From contig JBHGNT010000018.1 in NCBI GenBank assembly GCA_043228905.1, positions 11,470,001 to 11,534,000 on the forward strand: a DNA stretch of 64,000 nucleotides, in the 5' to 3' direction. Source of the stretch: Azolla caroliniana (lineage: Eukaryota > Plantae > Polypodiophyta). Below the pieces are notes generated by a model, which was not told the origin of the DNA, did not search any database, and saw only the letters and a list, made by a program, of their open reading frames with translations. Made by a program: the position numbers and the translations under genes. Positions 11,651-23,294 of the stretch are shown in pieces; position 1 is the stretch's first letter, and each line of letters begins with the position of its first letter.

Positions 11651-13827
11651 ATGGCTTCGACAAGTGGAACTCAAGAAAAAGAATTGACGAAAGGCATGGT
11701 GTCCGTCGTCGAATTCATGCTAAAAGAGAGAGATCAGGAGGCTTTAGTCGACAAAGCCGTTGACCGAACTGTGGAGACAGTTGGAAGATTCAGTGAGAAG
11801 AACATCACAAATTTCCTTGCTACCTACCGGAATGAGATGCAACAAAGAGATGTCCATGATCCAAAACAAATTTCAAGCTTTAAGCGTGTGGTAGAACCCG
11901 GGATCCGTGATCGCGTGATGGAGATCCAAAACGAGCATGCAACTTGGGCGGAGTTCGAAAGGGCTCTTCTCACTGAATACATGCTTGAAGATGCATCGTG
12001 GATGACTCGGCATACGTTAATGAATTGGATCGAGAAGAAAGGGAAGAATCTGTGTGCATCGGGAATTTATGCCGAATTCGACCAGAAGTACAACCAACTT
12101 CCGAGTGTCGAGCAACGAGTTCTCGACGGAGATAAAGTCTTACTATTCCTAAAGGCAATGGATGCGAAAGATCGGCGAGAATTGGGTAGTTTCTTGGAGG
12201 ACGAAACACAACCAAATGGTTTGGTAGCGGATTGGGCGGCGGTGAAGAAGGCTTGCAGCCGTTTTGATAAGCGGTGACAATGGCAAGAGGAAGCTGAGGT
12301 CGAGAATCCACAATTGTGGAAGAAGGCACCTACGACGATTGAGCCTAGTAAACCGATCAACAATTTCGACAAGAAAGCAATGGAGGAGTCTATAATCGAA
12401 GAGCTCTCCAAGAAGTTTGAAGCGGTATCGCTAGCCAACTTAGGTCGACGCGGGCCCAAGGGAAAAGAAGCGTATAGATGTGTGTGGTGCGATAGCTTTG
12501 AACACTCACGAAGGGAATGTGCTGACTTGCAAGATGCAATCCGCAAGAATGTCTTCTATTTTGACGGCAACATGATTCACTCAAGCGAGACCCGGAAGCC
12601 ACTACGAGTGAACTTCGGAAGAGGTGGGCTGAAAAAGATTGTAGAAGAAGAAGATGCAAGGCATGTGGAGGCTATGCACTATGCCCCTTCGGCTGGGATA
12701 CGAGTTGGAAAAGAGAATCTTAAAATGATCAAGCCAGGAGCTGGGTTTTGGCCAACGGTCTTCGAGTGTGAAGAAAAAGGCAAAATCAATTCGGAGGATC
12801 TAAAACTTGCTGACCGAAACGTGCGACGAGCAACCGGATGGTCAGATCCAATCGACGAAAACACAAGCTTTGCGGAGGTTGTGTGTGACACCTATGAAGC
12901 CCTTGTCGAAGAGAAGAGGAAGAGAACCGGTGAAGAAGATGACACATCAAAGCGACCTAACATGAGGAACGGAGGGAAAGAAGGGCCACCCCAACCTATC
13001 CCAAGAAAAGAGATTGGTGAAACAAACATGAAGCCCGGTGGATCGAGCCAACCTGCTCGGATGCAAGTCGAAGAATCAACGAAGAAAGGAAAAGAACGAG
13101 CGGCACCGACATACAAGCTAAGGTCGGACATAGAACAAACAACTAACTTGTGGAAGGTCCTTGAGGAGAAGGTTTTAGATAGTCATGTCGACCTTACCTT
13201 GAGAGAGCTACTTGGGATCGCGAAGAAGGAGTTCCATGATACTATCGTGGACCTTATTAAGAGGAAGCGGCAACAATCTGATGAAGAGGAGGTGAAAACA
13301 AGTGCCATAACCATGGCAAGATCGGAAGAGGAAGAAGAAGAAGTGGTGGCGGATAGCCATTACTCGCGGCCTCATGGGCAAGAGCGACAACGGAGACACC
13401 GGTGAAGATCGGGGAGAAGAAAGAGACCGTGGTCGCTTTGATTGACCATGGCTCTGAGATCAACCTCATGTCGACCAAGTTCTACAAGAAAGGAAGATGG
13501 CCGATTAATACAAACCACGGATGGAAGATTCGAGCGGCGACGAAGGCTACGGAGGACTTGTACGGAGCTTGCCCCAACGTTAAAGTCACGATCGGGGATG
13601 TAGAGATTGATCAACACTTCTTCGTGCAAGACTCGGCTTCACATCTCATCATCCTAGGACAACCATATATAACATCGTCCCAGATGGAGACCAAGGTGTT
13701 CGATAATGGAGCGGCCTTCGCGCGCATCAAGAGTCTTGATAGTAAAAGATCCGTTCAATTCCTGACGGTGCGAGCTAATCATGAAAGGAATCGAGATAGC
13801 CTTGGAGGCGAATCTTTGGATTTTTAA
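11651..13827 (+). pseudogene. G1 gag-protease (one in-frame stop, one frameshift)
   Basis: Zinc knuckle CVWCDSFEHSRREC and protease ALIDHGSEINLM. The TGA at 12275 is in frame with ORF 12314. Confidence 0.85.
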
Positions 13828-13880
13828 AGCGGACTATTGAAGCATGGGGCACAAATAGTCTGAGCAATCATAAGTCCCCA
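13818..13880 (+). promoter_or_regulatory. predicted -1 ribosomal frameshift signal (G_GAU_UUU plus H-type pseudoknot)
   Basis: Heptamer directly before the PR stop, then a 6-nt spacer, stem GGACTATT/AATAGTCT and loop TGGGG pairing with downstream CCCCA. The -1 frame is open into ORF 13893. Confidence 0.72.
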
Positions 13881-13892
13881 CAAGGAAGCAAA

Positions 13893-16365
13893 GTGCGTGG
13901 ATTGCAAGGAGAAGCAACATGCGTCACACCTGGCGGCGCATGCAAACTTAGACTACTCAACAAGAAGGAAAAGTGTCAGATACAAGACTTCGAGGAGGTG
14001 CTGAAAGAAGAAAGCATAATCGAAGAAGAAGAATTCGTGTCATATATTCTGGAGGAAGCCTCATTTAACGACACCATCGGCGAAATCGAGGAAGTCGTGG
14101 ATTTGAGCTATCCTCACCATCAACATGTGATTTCGGTTAACTCCGTCAACATGTATACTATCATCGAGGCATCTTGATAGAGGAAGTCAAAGTCAACACA
14201 AAATATAAAACCGTGGATAGGAAGATCAAGCCAGTTGCAGTTCCGCTACCGGAAGATAGCTTGCAAAAGATGAAGGAAGTTGCAAAAGATCCAAGCTTAA
14301 GGAACCCAAATACAATTGGTCACATCTTCACTGAAGAGACGAAGGGAAATCTACGAGTTGGAAGGGAGGATTTCCTCCTCCCTGAAGAGGAGTGGATGTT
14401 TCGTGGAATGCTTGAAAGACATGGGAAGGCTTTCGTGTTTTTCCCACAAGAAATCGGGTGTGCTAATCCAAGGACAGTAGAACCGATGGTGATCTTCACG
14501 GTGCCGCATGTGCCTTGGAATTTGAAACCGATACCGGTTCCGAGAGCACACCTACCGAAGCTGATCAAGCTCTTAAAGGAGAAGGTGAGGATGGGAATTC
14601 TAGAACCGTCGAACGCTCCTTATTCTAATAGGTGGTTCACGGTGCCAAAGAAGAATGGATCGTTGCGATTCATTCAAGATCTTCAACCTGTCAACAAGGT
14701 GACAATTCAGAATGTTGGAATCGGTCCGAGTGTGGATGAATTTGCCGAGGCGTTTGCGGGCCGGTCCATCTACTCCATCGGCGATCTTTACTCTGGCTAC
14801 GATCAATTCCAGTTGGCGGTCGACAGTCGTGACATTAGAACCATGAAAACTCCAATCGGGTTGGTGCGGATGTGTACCTTACCTCAAGGCGCAACGAACT
14901 CGGTGGCTCATATGGTGAATGCCATGAACAAGGTCTTGAAGGATTGCATCCCAGATATCACGATGCCATTCTTAGATGATATTCCGATAAAAGGATGTTC
15001 GGATGAAGAGAAGGATGAATCAAAAGATAAGGATGGATGTAGAAAGTTCGTCATGGATCATATGAAAAATTGCAAGAAGGTGCTCCAAAGGCTCGAAGAT
15101 ACGAATTTGACATTTTCGGGAGAAAAATCCGCATTCGAGCAACCGGAGATCCTGGTGGTAGGTCACTTGTGTGGATCATACGGTCGGAAGCCTTCACCAT
15201 CCAAGGTGAATGCAATTCAAAACATGAAAGAAGAATGTGTAACCCAAACGGAGGTTCGAAGGTTCCTTGGAGCATGCGCGTTTTATCATATTTGGATTCC
15301 ACACTACGCCCACATTGTTGAGCCATTATATGGTCTACTAAAGAAGAAGCGGATGTTCGAATGGACTAGCGAGCATACAATTGCCATCCGAAGGTTGAAG
15401 AAATTATTGATGGAGGCACCTGCATTACGGAAAGCGGACTATTCATACGGCAAGCCCATTTTCGTGACTGTGGATACTAGTCCAATCGGAATTGGATGGG
15501 TTATCAACCAAGAAGATGAAGATTGCAACCGATATGCAATTCGGTTTGGCGCGAAAGTGTTAAATGACAGGCAAAGAAGGTATGCCCAAGTGAAGAGGGA
15601 GCTATGGGGGATCGTCTCGACAATCAAATCTGATCGTGGTTACCTTATTGGAGCAGAAGTCATAATTGAGACATATTGCCTACCAATTTTGGGTATGATA
15701 TCTGGTTGTAATACACCGGATATTGCCATGTTGCGTTGGATTGCATATATCAAATCACTCAACCCGGAGATCCGTCATGTAGCTGGGAAGCGTAATGTCG
15801 TTGCAGACATGCTATCATGAGCGAGATACGACGAAGAAGAAGATCGACATTCTGATGAAGATGATGTTGGTCTGGATTTCTTTGCAAGTTCCTATGCTCG
15901 GGTGTTGATTACTTTCATAGAAGAGGACTACGAAGGCGAATTCGTGGAGATCGGGAAATACTTGAGTTCTCTCCAAAAAGATGAATCATGGTCGACGGAA
16001 GACTTCCATCGAATTCGGAAGAAAGCATACAAGTATTTCCTTAAGAATGGAGCTCTTTGGAAGCATGCAAAAAAGAAGAATGGGACTCCGATGAGAGTTG
16101 TCTGCAAGCTAGAAGACCAACAAAAACTAATGTCCGAATTTCATGATAGTGTTTTTGCAGGCCATCGAGGAATATGGGCTACGTTTGCGAAGCTTAAGGA
16201 GAAATATTGGTGGCCAGGCATCTACAAAGATGTAGCAGCTTATGTGGAAACATGTAAGGAATGTCAAATGTTTTCGAATATTCGCCATCGAGATGGACTT
16301 CATACGACTTACCCGTTGGCTATGCATTACAAGTGGATGGTGGACATAGTGATGATGCCAATGGG
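13893..16365 (+). pseudogene. G1 pol (RT-RNase H-integrase N-terminus)
   Basis: LRFIQDLQPVNK, DLYSGYDQ, LPQGATNS, FLDD, RRYAQVKRELWG, GHRGIWAT...YWWPG. Confidence 0.9.
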
Positions 16366-17456
16366 ACGGGTATGCAAACCGGAAACCGGTCGGCAAGCAA
16401 AACCGGAACCGGAACCAACAAGCAAACCGGAATCGGCCGGCAAGCAAAACTGGAACCGGAACCGGCAAGCAAACCGGAACCGGCCGGCAAGCAAAATCGG
16501 AACCGGAACCGACCGGCAAGCAAAATGAAACCGGCTACCGGACGAGGTTGGACGCGGACGGACGAAAGATTGGATAATGCAACAAACTAAAGTAAAGTGA
16601 AGAGAACTAAAGTAAAGGCCATGTGGACGCAAGCAACTAAAGGAGTGCATGGAAAAAGTAAAGATCATGTGGACAGTCACATGCAACCAAAAGAAAAAGC
16701 TAGGCAACTAAACGTAGAGGCCATGCAACAAAAAGTGGAAAGGCTATATGATCAAGGGAGAACTCCATATTTATTCCATTTTTTTCCCTACACTAGGGAT
16801 CACTCTCCATATTATCTAAATTTTTTTTTCTTTTGTTGGGGAGCTCTCTTATCTTATCGAAGCCAATAACCCGGTTAATCTTTCACATTTCGGTTAATTC
16901 TTAGTATATAAATAGACGAATTTGATATCCTCTAGACAAAGGCCCCGGGGTCTTGCCTCAACGTTCACGTATCCTCGTTGTATATTCGCCACACCGCTTC
17001 CTCAACTGACCGATTCTTCCTCTCGGCCACGCCGTTCTGCTCCAACGTGTATCTACAACTGAATTCGCGCCGAATTCCCATTTGTTGTAGATAACCGTTG
17101 AATTGACCAGAAAAGTACTCTTTCCCGCCATCCGACCGCAGGCACTTGATCTTTCGTCCCGTTTCCGTTTCCACAAACCCTTTGAGATCCCGGAAACAGT
17201 CGAAGACTTCGCTCTTCCTCTCAATGAGGTAGATCCACGTGTGCCGTGTGTGGTCGTCGATGAAGGAGACGAAATATCGGCTCCCGCCAAGACTAACGTT
17301 TTGTGCCAGCTCCCATACATCGGAGTGTATAAGGTCGAGCTTGTTTCGGCTCCGGTTTCGCTCGTTGGGGAAAGGAAGTCAGTGTTGCTTCCCGAGCTGG
17401 CAAGCTTCACAAATTTGTGCCTTTCGGCCACTAAATTTAGGCAATCCGAACACTAC

Positions 17457-18926
17457 CTATTTCGATTGCAGATCTTGAAGCCGCTGGTAGTTAATGTGGC
17501 CTATCCTCTTGTGCCACAAGTTGATGTCTGACTCGGATTTATGTCCCTTTGCGAACATTGCGGTGCCACCGTCAGTGGAATCGAGGATGAACATCCTCCT
17601 GTCTCTGCGCCCTTGTGCAATCACACGGCCTACTTCCTCAATGAAGCACCCGAGGTGTGTAAACCGAACCTCCATCCCTTGGTCGACGATCTGTCCGACC
17701 GAGACCAAGTTCTTCGTGATTGTCAGAACGTGCATCACATTCATGAGTTTCCCTTTCTGCCCGACATGGCTAAGGGGAACTTCTCCGACATTCGTGATCG
17801 GATGCGGAGTGTCGTCTCCAGTTGCGACTACTCCAGGTTGTATCAGTTTTTCAAGGTACGAGAACCACTCCTTATGGCTCGTCATGTGGTTTGACGCGCC
17901 GGAGTCTACGTACCACACCTCGTCCGATCTCGGGGTGGTCTGTTTCATTGAGTTTGCTTCGTGTCTCGTCACAAAGACAGACCCTTCTCCGGCTCTCCCG
18001 GAGTCTTCGGCGTAGTGTGATCGCTGCCGATTTCCCTTGTCGGTATGTCCAGACCCATTTCCGGAACCGGTTCTCTCCGAATCGGCGCGCTTCTTCCAGC
18101 ATTCACTTTCCCTGTGGCCTTTCTTGCCACAGTACCAGCACTCCGCGATGGCCTTCCCTTGCCGGTGCTCATCGCTTCGACTCCCCCTGTTTCCGGAGGG
18201 TCCGGAGTTGTTGTCGGCATCACTTCGGAGCCTTCTTCCTTGATCTCGTCGGCCGCCTCCATTGCGCGACGACTCACCTCGTCCTCCACGTCCACGGGGC
18301 CTATCTCCCTCCGTGTACAACATTCTGCTGTCGGTGTGCATGCTTGTAGACGCACCCGCGTGGTTCTCCTCTACCAGGAGCATTGACTGTAGGTCGAAAA
18401 AGGACGGCGTATTCTCCCGGGTACGCACAGCCGTTCGGAACGCTCCGAACTTCGACGCCAAACCTCCAAGACAGATCTGGACCATCTCGCTCTCCTCGAT
18501 GTTCACCTCTATGGAGGTGAGGGAGCCGCAGATATCCTTGATCTTCGAGGTATAGTCCGCTACCGACAAGTCGCGTTGTCGTAGGTTTCTCAACTCCTGT
18601 CGGAGCTGAAGCTTCTTGGTTGTGGTGCTCGCGGCGAAGATCTTCTTCAGATTTTCCCACGCACCCTTCGGCGTCTTTGCATCCTGAATATAGCTCAATA
18701 GTTGTTCGCCCACACACGACGCGAAGCAGTATAATACCCTGCTCGCCGATTGCTCCCACGATGGGAAGTCTCTGTGTGTCGATTCGGGTGCCGCGTCATT
18801 AGCTCCTTCGACATAACTCCAGTAGTCGTGCCCGAGCAGGTACTGGTGCATCTTGTAGGACCAAGACGCATAGTTGGTTCTGTCGAGCTTCTCTGTTGGA
18901 AGCGAGCTCGCCATGCCTCTATACAT
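17457..18926 (-). CDS. copia Gag-protease-GAG-pre-integrase polyprotein fragment
   Basis: 489-aa ORF with LDRTNYASWSYKM gag start, zinc knuckle CWYCGKKGHRESEC, WYVDSGASNHMT protease and LWHKRIGH. Confidence 0.88.
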   Translation of the reverse strand: MYRGMASSLPTEKLDRTNYASWSYKMHQYLLGHDYWSYVEGANDAAPESTHRDFPSWEQSASRVLYCFASCVGEQLLSYIQDAKTPKGAWENLKKIFAASTTTKKLQLRQELRNLRQRDLSVADYTSKIKDICGSLTSIEVNIEESEMVQICLGGLASKFGAFRTAVRTRENTPSFFDLQSMLLVEENHAGASTSMHTDSRMLYTEGDRPRGRGGRGESSRNGGGRRDQGRRLRSDADNNSGPSGNRGSRSDEHRQGKAIAECWYCGKKGHRESECWKKRADSERTGSGNGSGHTDKGNRQRSHYAEDSGRAGEGSVFVTRHEANSMKQTTPRSDEVWYVDSGASNHMTSHKEWFSYLEKLIQPGVVATGDDTPHPITNVGEVPLSHVGQKGKLMNVMHVLTITKNLVSVGQIVDQGMEVRFTHLGCFIEEVGRVIAQGRRDRRMFILDSTDGGTAMFAKGHKSESDINLWHKRIGHINYQRLQDLQSK

Positions 18927-18986
18927 CGTTCTTCTTGTTCTTCTTTGTCAAGCTATGTCGGCTGCAGAGAGGTTCTCAACCCTCGC

Positions 18987-18998
18987 GCTCTGATACCA
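18987..18998 (-). other. primer binding site, tRNA-iMet
   Basis: Plus-strand GCTCTGATACCA (= TGGTATCAGAGC) abutting the LTR at 18999. Confidence 0.93.
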
Positions 18999-19417
18999 TG
19001 TAAAAAGTAGCGTGCGGAAGCAAGTATGAAGACCGAACAGAAGGAAGAAAACTCAGTTTTAATGGAGAGCTTCAGCTTACGCAGTATACGCGGGAGAGAC
19101 AGAGCGAGTGAGAGAGAGAAAACACAAGAACTATATTTAACACACTATACATATGTGTGTTCAATGAACACTTTTGTACAAGTCCTAGAAGGACTGACAA
19201 TACTTCAATGCTTATTAAGAGCTCCAACACTAACTCCCAAATATATTCCTTACGGAATATCTTTCCTAACGGCCTCCCGGTTTATGCACCGATCCGGCCC
19301 TACCTACGCACCGGTCTGTGTACCAGTTTACGCATTCGGCTTAACCGATCGGTCCCAACCAATCCGGTCCTCGGCTGCTTTAGCCGATCCGGCCGATGTT
19401 GAGCTTGTCTCTCAACA
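18999..19417 (-). repeat. 5' LTR of family C (partner of 4212-4642)
   Basis: Shares diagnostic sequence (GAAGAAAACTCAGTTTTAATG) with 4212-4642 rather than 7077-7480; followed by TSD ACATT and B1 sequence. Confidence 0.92.
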
Positions 19418-19463
19418 ACATTCTTTTCAGCCCGAACTCAATCTTAGGTGTAGTCGGTTACAA

Positions 19464-21054
19464 TGCAATGGGTCGACTCGAAGCACTACACAGTAAAGAA
19501 TCAGAACTGTGGCAGGAATTAAAGTCATGATACGAAGAAAAAGCGGCCTCCAACACAAGCAAAGTTTCAAACCTCAAGATGGTTCCCTAGGAGGTGCAAA
19601 CATGTATAAAGATCCTTCTGGGAACGATTTGCAAAAGATTTGCACACCAACTTAACGCAAATCTGGGCTGAGGATGAGCGGAATGGGCAAAGCAAGTTGC
19701 AGAGCTCCACACTTACCGGGCCGACCAAGAGAATCGGCAGAAAGACGGTAAGGGTTTCTACAAACTTAACAAAGAAGGCATTTCTACGGTCCACGAGGAC
19801 CTTACGCAAGATTATGAAGCCTTGGCCGATCGCCACTCGAAGGAGATCACGCAATTGCTCGAGGAATTCGAAGACAGCTAGCTTGACACCTCCGTCCATT
19901 TCCAGGCATTAAAAATGAGCAGAGGAAGGCAGAAGAAGGGGAAAGGGCAATCGTCATCATACTCGCTGACAACGACTCCAGGGTGGAGCACACAACTAAA
20001 GGACCGAAGCACTAGAAGAAGAAATCCCGGAGGTCACCAGGGCGCCGAACCCACCCTTGGATGCAAATCCAAATTCCATCGGTGCCACGACGATATATAC
20101 GGCTAAAGGCCCTATGCAAGAAACGTTGCACGAAGAGCCGACACAAGAAGCGGCACACACGGAAGAAGGCCCGCAAACTGAACGAACAACAACGGCTGAA
20201 CGGGCAGAAGAAGTCCCACAAAACGAACAGATGCAAGAGGTTGAACTGAAGCCGATAGAACCCATTGGCCCGCTCGAACCAAAATCAACGGAACATACCG
20301 ACCCCCCCGAACCTGAGACAACAGAGCCTACCAGCCCCCTTGAACCCACGCTTACGGCACAAACCACGACACCCTTCGGATTACCCCCTATAGTTCTTGC
20401 AGAGATGGACCGTTTGGAGCCAAACATCTTGGACATTTTCAATGACGTATGAAGGTCTTCTGTGGGTTCGACCGTGTAGGCATTGTCCCACAAGCGTGCC
20501 ATGTGTTGGCCACCATGGACTGCCAAGTGGGAAAGGTCGAGAAGGAGAAAAGACAAAGGGACGGTTAGTACAACTGAAGAAGACGGATGGGGCCATAGCA
20601 TAGTAAAGAGGGAGTAATAGTCGTAGCGTAGGGACAACCAAAGTGTAGTTAATGGAAGTAACAGTTCAAGCACCGAGAGTAACTGCCCATGACCCTATAT
20701 AGAAAGGGCATGGAACACTTGTAAAGAGCTAGCAATAAATTTTTATTCAACATCTGAAATATAATTTCTAATTGCTTGACTCTCTATGTTCTCGTAACTA
20801 TTGTATTTGTTCGTGTCAAGTTTATCTTCTCTGTGTTGAGCCATATATGCTGTGTGTGCTAGTGTGTAAGGAGTCGGTTGTTTCCGTCTGCTTAGTCTCC
20901 ACAGTCTCCACGATTAAATCAACACTTACGAGTCCACTGTATAGTCAACCGTATAACGGTTACAACGTACTCTCCTATTCTTGAACCACGACTCCCTTGA
21001 AGCTGAACCCCGAAGGACTCGGGATTCGACGTAGTGTCACCTTAACCGATAACA
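19464..21054 (+). mobile_element. 3' part of Tat-like gypsy D: degraded accessory ORF region and 3' LTR 20504-21054
   Basis: LTR TGTTGGCC...GATAACA is homologous to the reverse complement of 44978-45512 and is followed by GTACA. Confidence 0.82.
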
Positions 21055-22640
21055 GTACACCTCCTCCTCTAAATCGCCTTGAAGAAAGGCGTTCTTGACA
21101 TCCATTTGGTGGAGGTGCCATCCTTTGGCTGCTGCAAACGCCATCACGGTTCGAATGGTAGTGATCTTTGCCATCGGGAAAAGGTCTATATGTAATCGAC
21201 ACCGTGTGTCTGCACCTAGCCTTTTGCCACAAGCCGGGCCTTATACTGATTGATAATGTTGTCGGCATTGTGCATCACCTTGAATATCCACCGGCATTCA
21301 ATTGCCTTTTGGTGGGGTGAAGGGGGGACTGAGATCCCATGTCTCGTTTTTAGAGAGTGCTTGCATCTCCTCATTCATTGCTTCGACCTATCATGCTTAG
21401 TGGCTTTGGAAAACTTTTCCAGCTCCTGAACTGTCGCCACCTTCATCATAAATGCATAGTGATATTCCATGTAGTCGTTGTAGCCAAATTGGCTAACTAC
21501 GTTCTTTTTCTCAGGTGGGGCGAAGTGGTGGTTCACTTGTCTTCATGAACACTTTCTTTGCTCTTGGTGTCCTCATGATAGGCACATCGAATCCACCATA
21601 CTCACTCTCAAGTGAGTGAGCCGATTCATTTCCATCTAAGTCTTCATACTCAGGCATTTTGGCCTTCCTTTTGTCCGTTTTCGGACTTGGCCGCGATGTA
21701 CTTTGGTCACTTGGAGGCTCCTGTGGTCTACTCAACTTGGTTGAGCTTGGACTTTCCTTTGTTGTGAGCTGTTGATGATGAACCTCCTCCGAATCTATGT
21801 CCAAATCGGTTTTTGTCGGATCGGATGGAGTTGAGTCGGTTGTGTACCAGGATGCCGATTCATTGAATATGACACCCCTACTCACTCATACCTTCTTGGT
21901 AGAGGTATTGAAGCACTTATAACCCTTTTGTTCGAGTGAGTACCCCATGAGGATACATTTCTCTGACTTAGGATTGAGCTTCTGCCGCTTCTCGTTGGGA
22001 ATATGTATGTACGTGATCGAGCCGAATATCCTGACGTGGGATAGATCCGACTTCTTTCCATAGAACCTCTTGTGGGGGGTAATATCGTGTGCTCCAGATG
22101 TTGTGCAATGATTCATTAGATAGACGGTTGTGTTCGCCACTTCAATTTAGTATGATTTTGGCAGATGTTTCTCATTCATCATTGCTCTTTCTAACTCGAG
22201 TATGTGCCGGTTCTTTCATTCGGCTACTCCATTCTATTGAGGTGTGTGTCGGCAAGTAAGTTCCCTCCAGTTCCTTCTTGTCGAAGGTATGTTGTGAATG
22301 TGTTGGAGAAGTACCCTTTGTCGCCGTTCGATCGAAGGCATTAGACATGTTGACTGGTTGCCTTTTCGACTTGGTTTTTGAATTTTTGGAAATGCGAGAA
22401 CACTTCACTCTTCTGCTACATAGAGAATATACAGGTGTGCCTGGAGAAGTCATCGATGAACATCACATAGTATTGGAAACCATCAAATGTTGCCGTTTGA
22501 GGTTGTCCCCATACATCTGAATGTATTACATCCAGGATCCCTTTGCTCACATCCCTCTCTTTTGGGAATGATTGTCGGTGTTGTTTACCAAATTCACAGG
22601 CTTTGCATATGCCTGCAATCTCCTTGTCGGTGAAGGTCAG
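21055..22640 (-). mobile_element. degenerate copia E, INT and RT N-terminal half
   Basis: [39 protein letters not shown], cut at the D LTR. Confidence 0.85.
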
Positions 22641-23030
22641 CGTTGAGCGAGCAAGATAAACATGGGTTGGACCGACTGGATAAACCGGTAGGTCAAACCG
22701 GAATCGATCCGGTTGTCTAGGCCCACTTGGGCTGATAAGGTCGCTCTGGACTGGGTTCTGGATTGAATGTCGGATCGACTGAAGAAGCCAGCCAGATACC
22801 AGATTCAAATGACGGCCCGGATGTCGGATCCGGATGACGGAACGGATGTGGAAGCTGATCCGGAATGTCACACATATAGGTAGTTAGTGTTAGAGGCTCT
22901 TTTCAGAGCATTGAAGTGCTTGTCAGTACTTTTGTCAGTCCTTTGAGGACTTGTATAAATAGTGCTCATTGAACACATTGTATGTACTAAGTACTGAGCA
23001 TTTTGTAATAGAAGTTGTGTTGTCTGCTAC

Positions 23031-23090
<60 letters not shown>

Positions 23091-23294
23091 TCTGTGTTTA
23101 CCTAACTGTCCTGTTTCTGAAATCGATTGTGTATTTTGTGCTCAACTTAACACTTCCGCACTTATCTTTTTACATGGTATCAGATTGCGACAATTAGAAG
23201 ATTCCTCTGCTGCCGACAAAGCAAACAAGATAGAGACAAGATTTCGTTTTCTAGAAAAGAAAAGACAAGAACATCGACAGAGAAATGGGTAGCT
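22641..23294 (+). mobile_element. copia F 5' LTR (22641-23174), iMet PBS, leader and gag start
   Basis: CGTTGAGC...TTTTTACA, then TGGTATCAGA at 23175; contains (CT)n; gag ATGGGTAGC is interrupted at 23295. Confidence 0.8.

Larger units (their letters stand above)
10272..16993 (+). mobile_element. Ty3/gypsy element G1 (tRNA-Trp PBS, 4-bp TSD), integrase and 3' LTR partly deleted
   Basis: 5' LTR TGTCG(10272)...CGCGACA(11597). Order is gag, PR (IDHGSE), RT (PFLDDI), RH (VDTSPIGIG), INT zinc finger (H..GH..C..C). 3' LTR remnant ~16370-16993. Flanks CCGT/CCGC. Confidence 0.93.
7481..18998 (-). mobile_element. copia family C internal region (gag-PR-INT-RT-RH), split by gypsy G1 at 10272-16993
   Basis: gag/PR ORF 17457-18926, INT 16994-17450 and 9783-10271, RT 8541-9608, RH 8142-8453. 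PBS TGGTATCAGAGC at 18987-18998. Confidence 0.93.
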
